NCBI GenBank assembly: GCA_035479215.1
Contig: DATIIZ010000012.1
Span: forward strand, 1-63,411
Origin: Candidatus Babeliales bacterium
Lineage (GTDB): Bacteria; Patescibacteriota; Saccharimonadia; Saccharimonadales; UBA10212
Direction: 5' to 3'
DNA: 63,411 bases
Below the pieces are notes generated by a model, which was not told the DNA's origin, searched no databases, and saw nothing but the letters and a program-made list of their open reading frames with translations. This document shows, one piece after another, positions 1-8,967 of the stretch; the first letter of the stretch is position 1, and the number at the start of each line of letters is the position of its first letter. Both the position numbers and the translations under genes were made by a program.

Positions 1-204
1 CACGGCATTGTGGGCTTCATTCACCACATCTGCCGATTCGGCTTCCGTAATGCACCAGCTGCGCCCCTCTTGCAGGTTGTAAAACACTTTATGGGCTTCA
101 CAGCCGTGCTCTTTACAAGACTTGCTGTACTTTGCCCAGGCTTCATCCATTTTCTCTTGGCTCAGCGGCTCCCCAAACTCATGTACCCCTAAAAATAACG
201 CCAT
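1..204 (-). CDS. Small DUF4242-like protein, partial (runs off the window edge)
   Basis: Absent from the ORF track because no stop lies in the window. Minus-strand ATG at 204..202 follows GGAGGGTGAG (205..214). It reads MALFLGVHEFGEPLSQEKMDEAWAKYSKSCKEHGCEAHKVFYNLQEGRSWCITEAESADVVNEAHNAV..., which resembles the DUF4242 family pattern from memory. Confidence 0.45.
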   Translation of the reverse strand, partial: MALFLGVHEFGEPLSQEKMDEAWAKYSKSCKEHGCEAHKVFYNLQEGRSWCITEAESADVVNEAHNAV

Positions 205-234
205 CTCACCCTCCTTATGTTATTCCAATTTAAA

Positions 235-1038
235 TTATACGCTTCCGATACTTTGCTTCTCGGTGAATGTTTTATGAGCTAGTTTGTATCGAGCGCTTTT
301 TGTCAGCTTAATACTATTGTAATCATTTTCATCACTAAAGCTAAACTGCCAAATCTTGTAGGTGTCATCCTTTAGATCTCTCTCGAAAAACAGCGTATAG
401 ACTTTCTTTTTAGTACTTAATTGCCATTGTTTGAAAGGGTAATAAAGTTGCCGAATAATTGTGTCGTGGCTCCCAGATGATTTTGCTTCAACTAAAACCA
501 CTTTTTCTCGACCCTCGTAGCCAGCGTCCACTTCTGTTTGCACGGATGAGACGTTGACCAGCTGTTCGCCAACAGTGAAATTAAATTCTGGTGTGTATTT
601 TCTTCCGCGAATGGTAAGTACGAGCGATGGGTCGTCCATAAAAGTCCGAATGATACTTGAAGCATAAGCCATGTCTAGATGTTGCATTTCCGAGTTGCCT
701 ATTACAGCTGTATCCAGATGGAAGTCCAATTTAGAGTCGTAAATTATCGGCTCACTTATAATTTCGGGAATATCTAGATATCCTTCGCCCTTAACTAATG
801 CATAATGACCGTTTCTTACAGGTAAAATAAATAGATCATTATCGGATAAGACTTTGGGGCGATCACTTCTTTTGTCCTGCTTGCATAGGATGCGAACTTC
901 TCTCTCCGCTACGTTATTGAAAGATTGCGTAGCGAGTTTTATCTGAGATGCAGATAAGTAAAATGGCTTAGTTTTAAAATCATGATCCTGGATTTTATAC
1001 TCACTAAAAATTTTTTGCCAAGCAGCAGAGCTCGCCAT
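235..1038 (-). CDS. Putative type II restriction endonuclease, PD-(D/E)xK-like
   Basis: 267-aa ORF whose ATG overlaps the methyltransferase stop (TAATG at 1036..1040). Contains a D...ExK-like motif (EVDAGYEGREKVVLVEAKS). AT-rich relative to its neighbours. No family assignment is possible by eye. Confidence 0.55.
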   Translation of the reverse strand: MASSAAWQKIFSEYKIQDHDFKTKPFYLSASQIKLATQSFNNVAEREVRILCKQDKRSDRPKVLSDNDLFILPVRNGHYALVKGEGYLDIPEIISEPIIYDSKLDFHLDTAVIGNSEMQHLDMAYASSIIRTFMDDPSLVLTIRGRKYTPEFNFTVGEQLVNVSSVQTEVDAGYEGREKVVLVEAKSSGSHDTIIRQLYYPFKQWQLSTKKKVYTLFFERDLKDDTYKIWQFSFSDENDYNSIKLTKSARYKLAHKTFTEKQSIGSV

Positions 1039-1868
1039 TAGAGCAGTTTCTCCTGTTCGATTTGATCTTTATACCTTTTGACGGAAAGGTCAAGATAATC
1101 TTTTTCAAGATCTATACCAATAAACTTTCTTCCGTGAAGAGTGGCAACTAAACCTGTTGTAGAACTACCCGTGAAAGGGTCAAGTATTATATCTCCTGGT
1201 TTCGAGCTAGACAGCACAACTCTCTTTAGTAATGCGATTGGTTTCTGGGTCGGGTGTTTACCAAATTTCTTCTCTTCAGGTCTCGGTGTATTTATTGACC
1301 ATACACTACGCATCTGCTTACCTTCATTTTTTAGAACATCTTTGTCGTGCCAGTTACCATTCTTCATGTCTTGATAATTGTAAAGGTGTTTCGATTTTGG
1401 ATCCTTGAGAGCCCAAATTAGTGTTTCATGTGAGGCAGTAAAGTATCGGCCGCTTAGATTGGGAGAGGCATTTGGCTTAAACCAGGCGATTTCATTTAGA
1501 ATCTTATAGCCAAGGAGTTGAAGGGCAAAACCACACTGATAAATTGAATGATAGGTACCGCTGATCCAAATTGAACCTTCTTTTTTTAGCACTCGTTGAC
1601 ACTCTTTTATCCATTGTGTGTGGAACTCAAAGTCTTGGTCAGCGCCCTTACTTACATCCCATTCACCTTTGTGGACACTAACCCGTTTTCCTGCATGAAC
1701 TGTAAACCCGCCATTAGATAGGTTATAGGGTGGATCTGCGAAGATCATATCGATACTATTTTCGGGAATCTGTTTCAGAAAGTTAATGCAATCATCCTTA
1801 AAAAGGACAAATTTCTTGTCTTTAAAAAAGGCCTTACTGGCCACCCCTTTTAAAACCCTCTCTGGCAT
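1038..1868 (-). CDS. DNA methyltransferase, beta-class N6-adenine/N4-cytosine (N4/N6 MTase domain)
   Basis: Motif IV FADPPYNL lies near the N-terminus and motif I ILDPFTGSSTTG near the C-terminus, which is the beta-class order. The ORF track starts at TTG 1877. The ATG at 1868 (MPERVLKG...) is the more likely start. Confidence 0.9.
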   Translation of the reverse strand: MPERVLKGVASKAFFKDKKFVLFKDDCINFLKQIPENSIDMIFADPPYNLSNGGFTVHAGKRVSVHKGEWDVSKGADQDFEFHTQWIKECQRVLKKEGSIWISGTYHSIYQCGFALQLLGYKILNEIAWFKPNASPNLSGRYFTASHETLIWALKDPKSKHLYNYQDMKNGNWHDKDVLKNEGKQMRSVWSINTPRPEEKKFGKHPTQKPIALLKRVVLSSSKPGDIILDPFTGSSTTGLVATLHGRKFIGIDLEKDYLDLSVKRYKDQIEQEKLL

Positions 1869-1882
1869 TTGAATCAATTATA
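1869..1882 (-). promoter_or_regulatory. Candidate -10 box (TATAAT, 1877..1882) 8 nt upstream of the MTase ATG; leaderless-type promoter
   Basis: The minus strand reads TATAATTGATTCAAATG. The same 13-mer, TATAATTGATTCA, recurs in front of the gene at 37719. No SD is present. Confidence 0.35.
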
Positions 1883-1951
1883 CCCCCGTTTATCCGAGGA
1901 ATACAGTCTGCTTTGTCTCCGGCCTTGCGAAGTGAACCTGATGCCGGTGTT

Positions 1952-2041
1952 GTAAAACAGTCTGGCCGCTAGGAGCGAGGAGGTGTCTGAGCTTACCTAC
2001 TTAGGTAAGCGAGTTCTCCGAGTGTAAAGACTGCTTTTACC
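1952..2041 (-). other. Structured intergenic element upstream of the R-M operon (nested helices)
   Basis: GTAAAACAGTCT (1952..1963) pairs with AGACTGCTTTTACC (2028..2041) with a 1-nt bulge. These enclose an 8-bp hairpin, GCTTACCT/AGGTAAGC (1991..2010), flanked by GGAG/CTCC. A third CAGTCTG copy at about 1904..1910 could form an alternative pairing. Confidence 0.25.
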
Positions 2042-2136
2042 AACTATAGGCATCAAGTGAAAGAAGCGGCCGGCCGGTTTTGCTACTTTTGTCGGCCAAA
2101 AGTAGAGGCGTTTAGTACTTTTCAAAAGTACGCGAA

Positions 2137-2994
2137 CTATGAATCTTCACGATTGCTGTCAGAATCCATCATTCCTTCTAGCGAATGGTCAAATGATCTA
2201 GAACAAAAGAGTTTATGTAAATCCTCAGCCACAAATTGGCTATAGATAACTGATGCATACCTAAGTGCAGTCCTAATTTCACCTGACATTTTAATGTAAT
2301 CCCTCAGGCCTCTATAGGCCAAGACACCACTTCCCGCTAATAATGCACCCGAAGTCATCTCTGAAAATACATTGAGTCTTCCGTCGATTATATAATCATA
2401 TGAACTAATAAAGGCAGCCGACAAAAAGCCCTGAATAAGTGTTTTGCGCTCTCCTCGAACTGCTGATCGAGCAGCCTCTCCCTCCATAAATGTAGCAGCT
2501 GATCGAGGTAATTCTCGCGTAACTATACCAACCAGTGAATGGGCAATATGTTGGTGAGCATTTTGAGCGATTATATCAGGGGGGTCTTCATCAGTAATCT
2601 CATCTAATCCTTCATTTATTCCTTTAGAGAGAATATCCATAATCTGTTCTTCGTTTTTATTGACAGTCATAATCATCTCGATCCCATCATTCGAAAACCG
2701 ACAGCCGCTACGGAGACTGATTGCACCTTCAAAGCCAGGAGGCATGGACCACTCACCTAGCTCATCTGGTCCTACTATCCATATATCTATATCAGGCAAA
2801 TATTCTGCATGGTCAAGACTGCCTACTTCGTGCGCAGTCATTGATTTGGTTATTAAAGGGTGTAATTTATACGCTTCGTCTGCTTGTTCACTAACATGTA
2901 CGCTACCCCAAGAAAAAGGGACAGAATATTTTTCTGCAGGAACAACATACTCTGAGGATATGAATTCCGAACTTCTCCCATTAAACCTTCTCAT
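2137..2994 (-). CDS. Hypothetical protein (285 aa), hydrophobic C-terminal half
   Basis: Long ORF with no recognisable motif. AT-rich. The C-terminal segments LIQGFLSAAFISSYDYII and MTSGALLAGSGVLAY look membrane-associated. Confidence 0.6.
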   Translation of the reverse strand: MRRFNGRSSEFISSEYVVPAEKYSVPFSWGSVHVSEQADEAYKLHPLITKSMTAHEVGSLDHAEYLPDIDIWIVGPDELGEWSMPPGFEGAISLRSGCRFSNDGIEMIMTVNKNEEQIMDILSKGINEGLDEITDEDPPDIIAQNAHQHIAHSLVGIVTRELPRSAATFMEGEAARSAVRGERKTLIQGFLSAAFISSYDYIIDGRLNVFSEMTSGALLAGSGVLAYRGLRDYIKMSGEIRTALRYASVIYSQFVAEDLHKLFCSRSFDHSLEGMMDSDSNREDS

Positions 2995-3113
2995 ATTTAT
3001 ATATAATAACAGTTTATGTTGATATCGTCAATTTAGTTGGTTTGTTTTTAAAATATCTACACGGCCTCCTGGTATCCGCAAACCATCGTTAACTAATGCC
3101 TCTAAACTTTAAT

Positions 3114-3398
3114 CTAGGCAGCTTCGCTAGCCAGTGCTATTTCGCCCATTTCTTGCAGATAATCAAGACGCGTTTCCCGCAAAGCCTCATCCAATGGAGA
3201 TGCATCACTTTTTTTTAGCGGAACATATCTATTTGGCAGCAGCAAATTGCCGATTACCTCTGGTAGCTGACGACTTTTAGTAGGGTGAGCTTCCCTACCC
3301 GCTAATCTTGCGTTGATTCTTTTTAGTTCTTCAGTATTGACACCTTTGGTGTCGAGCTGGAAACCATTGTGTTGTCTAAACCAATAAGGTTTTGCCAT
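3114..3398 (-). CDS. Hypothetical protein (94 aa)
   Basis: ORF only, co-directional with its neighbours. No recognisable motif. Confidence 0.45.
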   Translation of the reverse strand: MAKPYWFRQHNGFQLDTKGVNTEELKRINARLAGREAHPTKSRQLPEVIGNLLLPNRYVPLKKSDASPLDEALRETRLDYLQEMGEIALASEAA

Positions 3399-3450
3399 AA
3401 CTATCGGCCATTATACTTGTGTTTCGGTGGGAATACACACTTTTTCTACC

Positions 3451-4650
3451 CTAAGGTTTCTCTGAAAAAGTCAGAGCGTGGCCCGCTTGCCCAGCCCGCC
3501 CAGCCCGACCGATACGGTGAATATAATCATCGTAGGTCTGAGGCGTATCATAATTAATCACATGGGAGATATCTTTGACATCTATCCCGCGGGCCGCTAC
3601 ATCAGTAGCCACTAAGATATTGATTTTGTTTTCTCTAAAAGCATCTAAAGCCCGACCCCGCTGGCCTTGGTTTTTGCCACCATGCAGAGCATCGACTTTA
3701 AAACCGCGGGCTTTGAGCTCTTTGGCCAGCCGCTCCACTCCATATTTGGTTTTGCCAAAGATAAGTGCTTTATCTACCCCTTCACTGAGCAACAGATCGT
3801 GCAGCAGGTCCATTTTCTGGGTCTTGCCACTGTAATAGATAACATCCTGGTGAACGTTCTGGCTCGTATCGCCGACTTTGACATTTATGACCACCGGGTC
3901 GGTGGTAAATGTATCTATCAGGCTGCGGATTTCCGTACTAAGTGTGGCGCTGAAAAAGAAGGCCTGGTGGGAGGCAGGAAGCTCGGACAGAATCTGTCGG
4001 ACATCATTAATAAAGCCCATGTCCAACATGCGGTCGACTTCGTCCAATACCACCATGTCGCAGCTACTTAGATTAAGCGTCCGTTGTTGCAGATGATCTT
4101 TAATGCGCCCAGGCGTGCCGATGATGATCCGTGGCCGTCGTTTAAGGTCTGAGATCTGCCGTCCTAAAGGGTTTCCTCCAATCAGCAAAACTCCTGATAA
4201 ACCACTGCTTTTGGCTAAAATCTTACACTGTTCTTCGATTTGGATAGCTAGCTCGCGTGTCGGTGCAATGATTAATGCCTGGCTGGTAGCCGAACGCATC
4301 AGTTTATTAAGGATCGGCAGCGCGAAAGCGGCAGTTTTACCAGTACCGGTATTAGCGATTCCTACTACGTTGCGTCCCTCTAGGCCAAGTGAGATTGTTT
4401 GGTCTTGGATCATAGAAGGAACAATATAGCCTTTGGCCGTCACATTCGCCTTAAGCAAAGGGTGCATGGCAAAATCGGCGAATTCGTTAGTTGCCTGATA
4501 GTCGCTGGACAGTTCCGGCTCGGCGGCTTTGATGAACCGGGCGGGGTCGATAGTTTGTTTGGCGTTTTTGCGCTTTGTGCGTCTGGGTGAGCTGAAAGCT
4601 CTGCCGGGGCGACGCTGGCTTGATTGATAAGCAAATCTGTTTTGAGACAT
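3451..4650 (-). CDS. DEAD-box ATP-dependent RNA helicase
   Basis: Q-motif region, motif I ANTGTGKTAAF, motif II VLDEVD (a DEAD variant), SAT, and HRIGRAGRAG. Confidence 0.92.
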   Translation of the reverse strand: MSQNRFAYQSSQRRPGRAFSSPRRTKRKNAKQTIDPARFIKAAEPELSSDYQATNEFADFAMHPLLKANVTAKGYIVPSMIQDQTISLGLEGRNVVGIANTGTGKTAAFALPILNKLMRSATSQALIIAPTRELAIQIEEQCKILAKSSGLSGVLLIGGNPLGRQISDLKRRPRIIIGTPGRIKDHLQQRTLNLSSCDMVVLDEVDRMLDMGFINDVRQILSELPASHQAFFFSATLSTEIRSLIDTFTTDPVVINVKVGDTSQNVHQDVIYYSGKTQKMDLLHDLLLSEGVDKALIFGKTKYGVERLAKELKARGFKVDALHGGKNQGQRGRALDAFRENKINILVATDVAARGIDVKDISHVINYDTPQTYDDYIHRIGRAGRAGQAGHALTFSEKP

Positions 4651-4838
4651 AAAAAAATGAATCCTTGTAGTTATTTAGTGGCGATCTTGTGCTAATGAAG
4701 CCCGATTGCTAACCAAATAGACCTGGATTCATCTCGTACAATACTCATATTTTAGCATAAGATGAATGAAATTACCACCCCTATTTGACCACAATAAATA
4801 AGTGGCGACAGAAGCACCCTCAGGGAAGTAAAATAAAA

Positions 4839-5084
4839 CTAGTGCATAACGTTTTGTGAAGGAATCTCGACTATCGCTAGTGGAGGCGTAAGTCTGTCAC
4901 CAGTTAAAGCTTTCATGCAGAGACTTAGTTCTTCGCCCATTATCGTCCCAACATACAATCTAAATTCTCCTACAGATGTTTCTGCAACCGTATACTGGTC
5001 TAGGACATCGTACCCACCTTCATGCCTGTATAGTAAACTCTCTTTTCGTGACCTTATCTGTTCAAGAGACTTATCTGTATTCAT
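4839..5084 (-). CDS. Hypothetical protein (81 aa)
   Basis: ORF only. AT-rich, no motif. Confidence 0.4.
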   Translation of the reverse strand: MNTDKSLEQIRSRKESLLYRHEGGYDVLDQYTVAETSVGEFRLYVGTIMGEELSLCMKALTGDRLTPPLAIVEIPSQNVMH

Positions 5085-5153
5085 ACCGATAGCATACAGT
5101 TAATTTGAATATATATGAATTTATTGTCCGCTAATCTGGATTAGAAATAGACT

Positions 5154-5516
5154 TTAGTCCTCAAAGTAAACTGGATGAAACCATGTAAAAAAAATATCTG
5201 GCCTATGCCTAAAAACGATTTCGCCTGGCTCCCCGCTGTCAGACGTGTATGGAAATTTTTCACTATCAAACCAGGGAAGTAAGTGAGTAGCGACATTTTT
5301 AGGTATTATCAAACTTCCAAGGTTTTCTCTAATCCACTCTTCGTCCCTATTAAGACCCTCGAAAACATATATATCTGCACCTCTTTCGTCACCTAAACAC
5401 CTGGCAAATAGAAAATCTCCATTGTGAATATTGTGCGCAAAAAGATGGGCTGGATCCTCCTGCACAGCTGGTACATCTCGAAACTGTGAATTAAACTCTG
5501 ATCTAATTTTTGCCAT
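5154..5516 (-). CDS. Hypothetical protein (120 aa)
   Basis: ORF only. AT-rich, no motif. Confidence 0.45.
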   Translation of the reverse strand: MAKIRSEFNSQFRDVPAVQEDPAHLFAHNIHNGDFLFARCLGDERGADIYVFEGLNRDEEWIRENLGSLIIPKNVATHLLPWFDSEKFPYTSDSGEPGEIVFRHRPDIFFTWFHPVYFED

Positions 5517-5558
5517 TTGATTAAATTATATGTTTGTTTTAGAAATTGAACAAATTGC

Positions 5559-7085
5559 TTACTTCTTGCGGCGGATGTTTGGTCGAGGGATAAACCGCAG
5601 CCGGCGAGCGCCTAGAGCGGCGGTGCCGTCACCTGTAGGCTCGTAAAAGTACTCTGGGGCCTCGTATTGGTCGTAGGTGATCATTAGGGCCCTGGATTCC
5701 ACCTGGCGCAGGGTTTCTAGCGATACCGAGACCAAGATAAGGATACTGGTACCACCGATAGCGATATTTTGGTTGAGTTTGACCTGGGCTAGGATTGGCA
5801 GGACAGCTAACGCGCCGAGAGCTAAGCCGCCAAATAAGGTCAGGCGATTGACGATGGTGCTTAGGTACTTTTCGGTCTGTTTGCCGGAGCGGATATTTTC
5901 GATGAATCCTCCTTGTTTTTGGAGGTTTTCGGCTATTTCTTTGGAGTTGAAGGTCACCGATGTATAGAAATAAGTAAAAATAAAGACCAGCATAAAGTAG
6001 GTAATAGGGTAAATCCAGGGCTTCCAGCCGCCGGCTGCAAATGTTTGGGCGGTGGGGTTAGCAAATAACTGACTGAGTTGGACGCCGATCTTCTGCCACT
6101 CGCTGTGGGGTACAAAAGCGGCACCCTGCCCGTGAGTTAGAAGTTGCCCCAAGAAACTGGGAACAGATAAGAATGCTACTGCGAAGATAATTGGGATAAC
6201 ACCGGCGGTAATCAGTTTGACTGGCAGAACAGTCGTGACGCCTCCGTAGGTACGATTACCCTGCACCCGCTTGGCATAATTGACGGTTAATCGTCTGGAA
6301 GCCTCGTTTAGCTTAACAACTGCCCAGGTGACGAACACTACTGCGGCAATTATCGTCCCAAATAGATATAGTCCGTGCCGGCTGAATGTCCGGTGAAAGA
6401 TGTAGGCCTTATCAGATACGCCCTTGGCGCTGGTCCAATAGACCGTATGCCAAATTTCACCTATCAAGCTGGGTAGGCGGCTGACGATACCGACAGTAAT
6501 CAGCAAAGAGATACCGTTACCGATTGACCTTTCAGTAATAAGTTCGCCAAGCCACATCAGTATCATTGAGCCGCCGGTTAAGGCCGCTATCATCACAAAC
6601 CACTGCATGAATGAGGTATGGGCGGTAATATCCCCCAGACCACCGATACTGGAAGCTTCCTGGCGGATAAGATAGATGGTTCCGATAGATTGAACGATAG
6701 CCAGGGGGAAGGTCAGCATGCGGGTGTACTGGTTGATTTTCTTGCGACCGTACTCACCCTCTTTATTCATGGCCTCCAGTTTAGGCACTGCCTTAGTAAG
6801 CAATTGCATGATGATCGAGGCGTTAATGTACGGCCCAAGACCGACCAGCATGATAGAGAAGTTGGCCAAAGCGCCGCCGGATAAGACGTTCAGAAAACCG
6901 AACAGATTATTGGAGCTGGTCTGCTGGAAAAGGTTTTCTAAAACCTGTTTTAGGGTATGAGGGTCCCCCAGGGGGACTGGAATGTGGGCAAGGATACGGA
7001 ATACCAAAAGCATGCCCAAGACCGCGCCGATGCGCTTGCGCATCTCGGAATGGCCCAATGATTTTAATATTATTCCCCAATTCAC
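5559..7085 (-). CDS. secY: Preprotein translocase subunit SecY (oversized, 508 aa)
   Basis: Multi-TM protein with typical SecY N-terminal and plug regions (LRKRIGAVLGMLLVFRILAHIPVP, GALANFSIMLVGLGPYINASIIMQLL). Located at the end of the spc-type array. Confidence 0.93.
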   Translation of the reverse strand: MNWGIILKSLGHSEMRKRIGAVLGMLLVFRILAHIPVPLGDPHTLKQVLENLFQQTSSNNLFGFLNVLSGGALANFSIMLVGLGPYINASIIMQLLTKAVPKLEAMNKEGEYGRKKINQYTRMLTFPLAIVQSIGTIYLIRQEASSIGGLGDITAHTSFMQWFVMIAALTGGSMILMWLGELITERSIGNGISLLITVGIVSRLPSLIGEIWHTVYWTSAKGVSDKAYIFHRTFSRHGLYLFGTIIAAVVFVTWAVVKLNEASRRLTVNYAKRVQGNRTYGGVTTVLPVKLITAGVIPIIFAVAFLSVPSFLGQLLTHGQGAAFVPHSEWQKIGVQLSQLFANPTAQTFAAGGWKPWIYPITYFMLVFIFTYFYTSVTFNSKEIAENLQKQGGFIENIRSGKQTEKYLSTIVNRLTLFGGLALGALAVLPILAQVKLNQNIAIGGTSILILVSVSLETLRQVESRALMITYDQYEAPEYFYEPTGDGTAALGARRLRFIPRPNIRRKK

Positions 7086-7108
7086 TTAAGAGATAGTATA
7101 CCGTAAAA

Positions 7109-7903
7109 CTAGCCTAAATTGACACGGGCTCGTGCTTCTAAAAGATTCTTCGATAGCCCATCATCAAAGGTTTCAATATCTCCAGTTTTTCCTACTTGAA
7201 TCATTTCCCGAACTTTTTCTGCTACCGACTGAGGAGTAAGGGGTATCCCGCTATTAGTTAAGGCTAAAATTTCAGCTATCCGTTCTTCTGATAATTCACC
7301 AGTTGTCATATCCGTATCAACATATCCTGGGTTAAGCAGCATCGAACGAATTTCCGGCCATTCAACCGCCAAACCTTTTGTCATACCGACTAGACCGGCC
7401 TTTGAGGTTCCGTAATTGACTTGTGTAGCTTCGCCTACATCACCAACTATTGACCCTATAGTCACTATATCGGCATCCATAATTTCTTCATTTTTAGCTG
7501 CCCTTAACATAGTCACACCTACGGCCTGCGTAACCCTAAAAGTGCCAGTTAGATTTGTCTCGATTACACGGTCCCAACTTTCTTTCATTCCGATTGCGTA
7601 ACCATCTGCAGTAATTCCAGCAACATTGCAGAGAATTGAAATTGGCAACCCTGCAGTTTTTATAATATCCTTAATTCTACCCCTGATTCGATCTGTGTCT
7701 GTGATATCAAGTTCAACGCCAAAACCTTCGAGATCTGAAGCCTGGAACATTCTATCAACTTCCTTAACACCTTCACCTCGAGCAATTCCTGCCACAATAA
7801 TATTATTCCTTGCAAGCTCTTCAGCAACCGACTTACCGATACCTCTGTTAGCACCAGTTACCACAGCTAATCTACCTTCCAGGCTTCTTAGACTTTCTGA
7901 CAT
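7109..7903 (-). CDS. Short-chain dehydrogenase/reductase, FabG-like (3-oxoacyl-ACP reductase family)
   Basis: TGANRGIGKS cofactor motif, NVAGIT, catalytic YGTSKAG (YxxxK), PGYVDTDMT. Possible own SD, GGAGGTG. Confidence 0.85.
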   Translation of the reverse strand: MSESLRSLEGRLAVVTGANRGIGKSVAEELARNNIIVAGIARGEGVKEVDRMFQASDLEGFGVELDITDTDRIRGRIKDIIKTAGLPISILCNVAGITADGYAIGMKESWDRVIETNLTGTFRVTQAVGVTMLRAAKNEEIMDADIVTIGSIVGDVGEATQVNYGTSKAGLVGMTKGLAVEWPEIRSMLLNPGYVDTDMTTGELSEERIAEILALTNSGIPLTPQSVAEKVREMIQVGKTGDIETFDDGLSKNLLEARARVNLG

Positions 7904-7963
7904 AGCACCTCCAATTCAAATATTATGCCTACAGTAACATAGTGCCCGGTTAACGGAAATTGC

Positions 7964-8428
7964 TTATTTTTCTAATTTTTTGGCGGGTCTGGGCAATTGC
8001 CCAACGGATTGGAAACTGCCGCCGGCCTTTTCTACCATTTCAATAGCTTTTTTAGAAGCTAGCTGGAGTTTTACTTCTTTTTTAGATGAAATCTCACCTT
8101 TGTATAAAAGTTTTACTTTGACGTACGGGTTGTTAATAAGGCCGGCTTCATAAACGGCATTTGTATCAATTGAGGCTTTCTTAATCTTATCTATCTGACC
8201 GGTATAAACTTGCTGGACCTGTCGGCGATGGCTTTTAAAGCCGCGCAGCTTAGGCAGCCGCATATAAAGCGGCAACTGCCCGCCTTCAAAACCGGACTTT
8301 AGGGGGCTTTTGCGGGCGCCTTGGCCTTTGGTGCCCCGCCCGGCAGTCTTGCCGCGTCCGGCACTAATACCGCGTCCGATGCGTAGCGGTTTTTTTTGGC
8401 GGCTGATTACTAGTTCATTGTATTTCAT
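7964..8428 (-). CDS. rplO: 50S ribosomal protein L15
   Basis: Gly/Arg-rich N-terminus [19 protein letters not shown]. Follows rpsE directly, with no L30 gene in between. Confidence 0.95.
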   Translation of the reverse strand: MKYNELVISRQKKPLRIGRGISAGRGKTAGRGTKGQGARKSPLKSGFEGGQLPLYMRLPKLRGFKSHRRQVQQVYTGQIDKIKKASIDTNAVYEAGLINNPYVKVKLLYKGEISSKKEVKLQLASKKAIEMVEKAGGSFQSVGQLPRPAKKLEK

Positions 8429-8430
8429 GG

Positions 8431-8967
8431 TTAAGCGGCCACTTTCTTAGGAGTGGTCTTTTTTTGGGGCTGGACTACCCACTTGCTGGATGGCTGCATG
8501 GCTTGCAGTGCCGCGATAGTGGCGTAGGCCATGTTTATACGGTTACTGGAACCGAGCGACTTACTGAGAGCGTTTTCTATGCCAGTTACTTCTAGGACAG
8601 TCCGGACAACTCCCCCGGCAATCAAGCCGGTACCCGGAGCGGCCGGCATAATCAGAACTTTGGCCCCGCCGATCTTGCCCTGGACATCGTGTGTCAGTGT
8701 TCCATGGTAAATTGATACGCTAACCATATTTTTCTTGGCCACATCTGTAGCTTTATTGATGGCGGCTGTCACATCGGCGCCTTTGCTGACACCGATGCCG
8801 ACTTTACCTTTATGGTCTCCGGCCACAACCAATGCCTGGAATCGAAAACGCCGTCCACCTTTAACCACCCGGGCGACCCGGTTGACGTAGATGACCCGTT
8901 CGTCGAACTGTTTTTCCTCGCGGACTTCCGGACCACGCCGGTTGTCGTTTCTTCTTGCCTGGGCCAT
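8431..8967 (-). CDS. rpsE: 30S ribosomal protein S5
   Basis: Conserved S5 sequence ([28 protein letters not shown]) and operon position. Confidence 0.96.
   Translation of the reverse strand: MAQARRNDNRRGPEVREEKQFDERVIYVNRVARVVKGGRRFRFQALVVAGDHKGKVGIGVSKGADVTAAINKATDVAKKNMVSVSIYHGTLTHDVQGKIGGAKVLIMPAAPGTGLIAGGVVRTVLEVTGIENALSKSLGSSNRINMAYATIAALQAMQPSSKWVVQPQKKTTPKKVAA

Noticed and set aside
1894-1980. TPP-riboswitch-like strings on the plus strand (CCGAGGAATAC ... ACCTGAT-GCCGG...CTGGC-CGCTAGGAG)
   Set aside because: The spacing between the CUGAGA-like and ACCUGAU-like parts is far too long, and CUGAGA itself is imperfect. There is no P3 or P1, and no plus-strand gene downstream to regulate.
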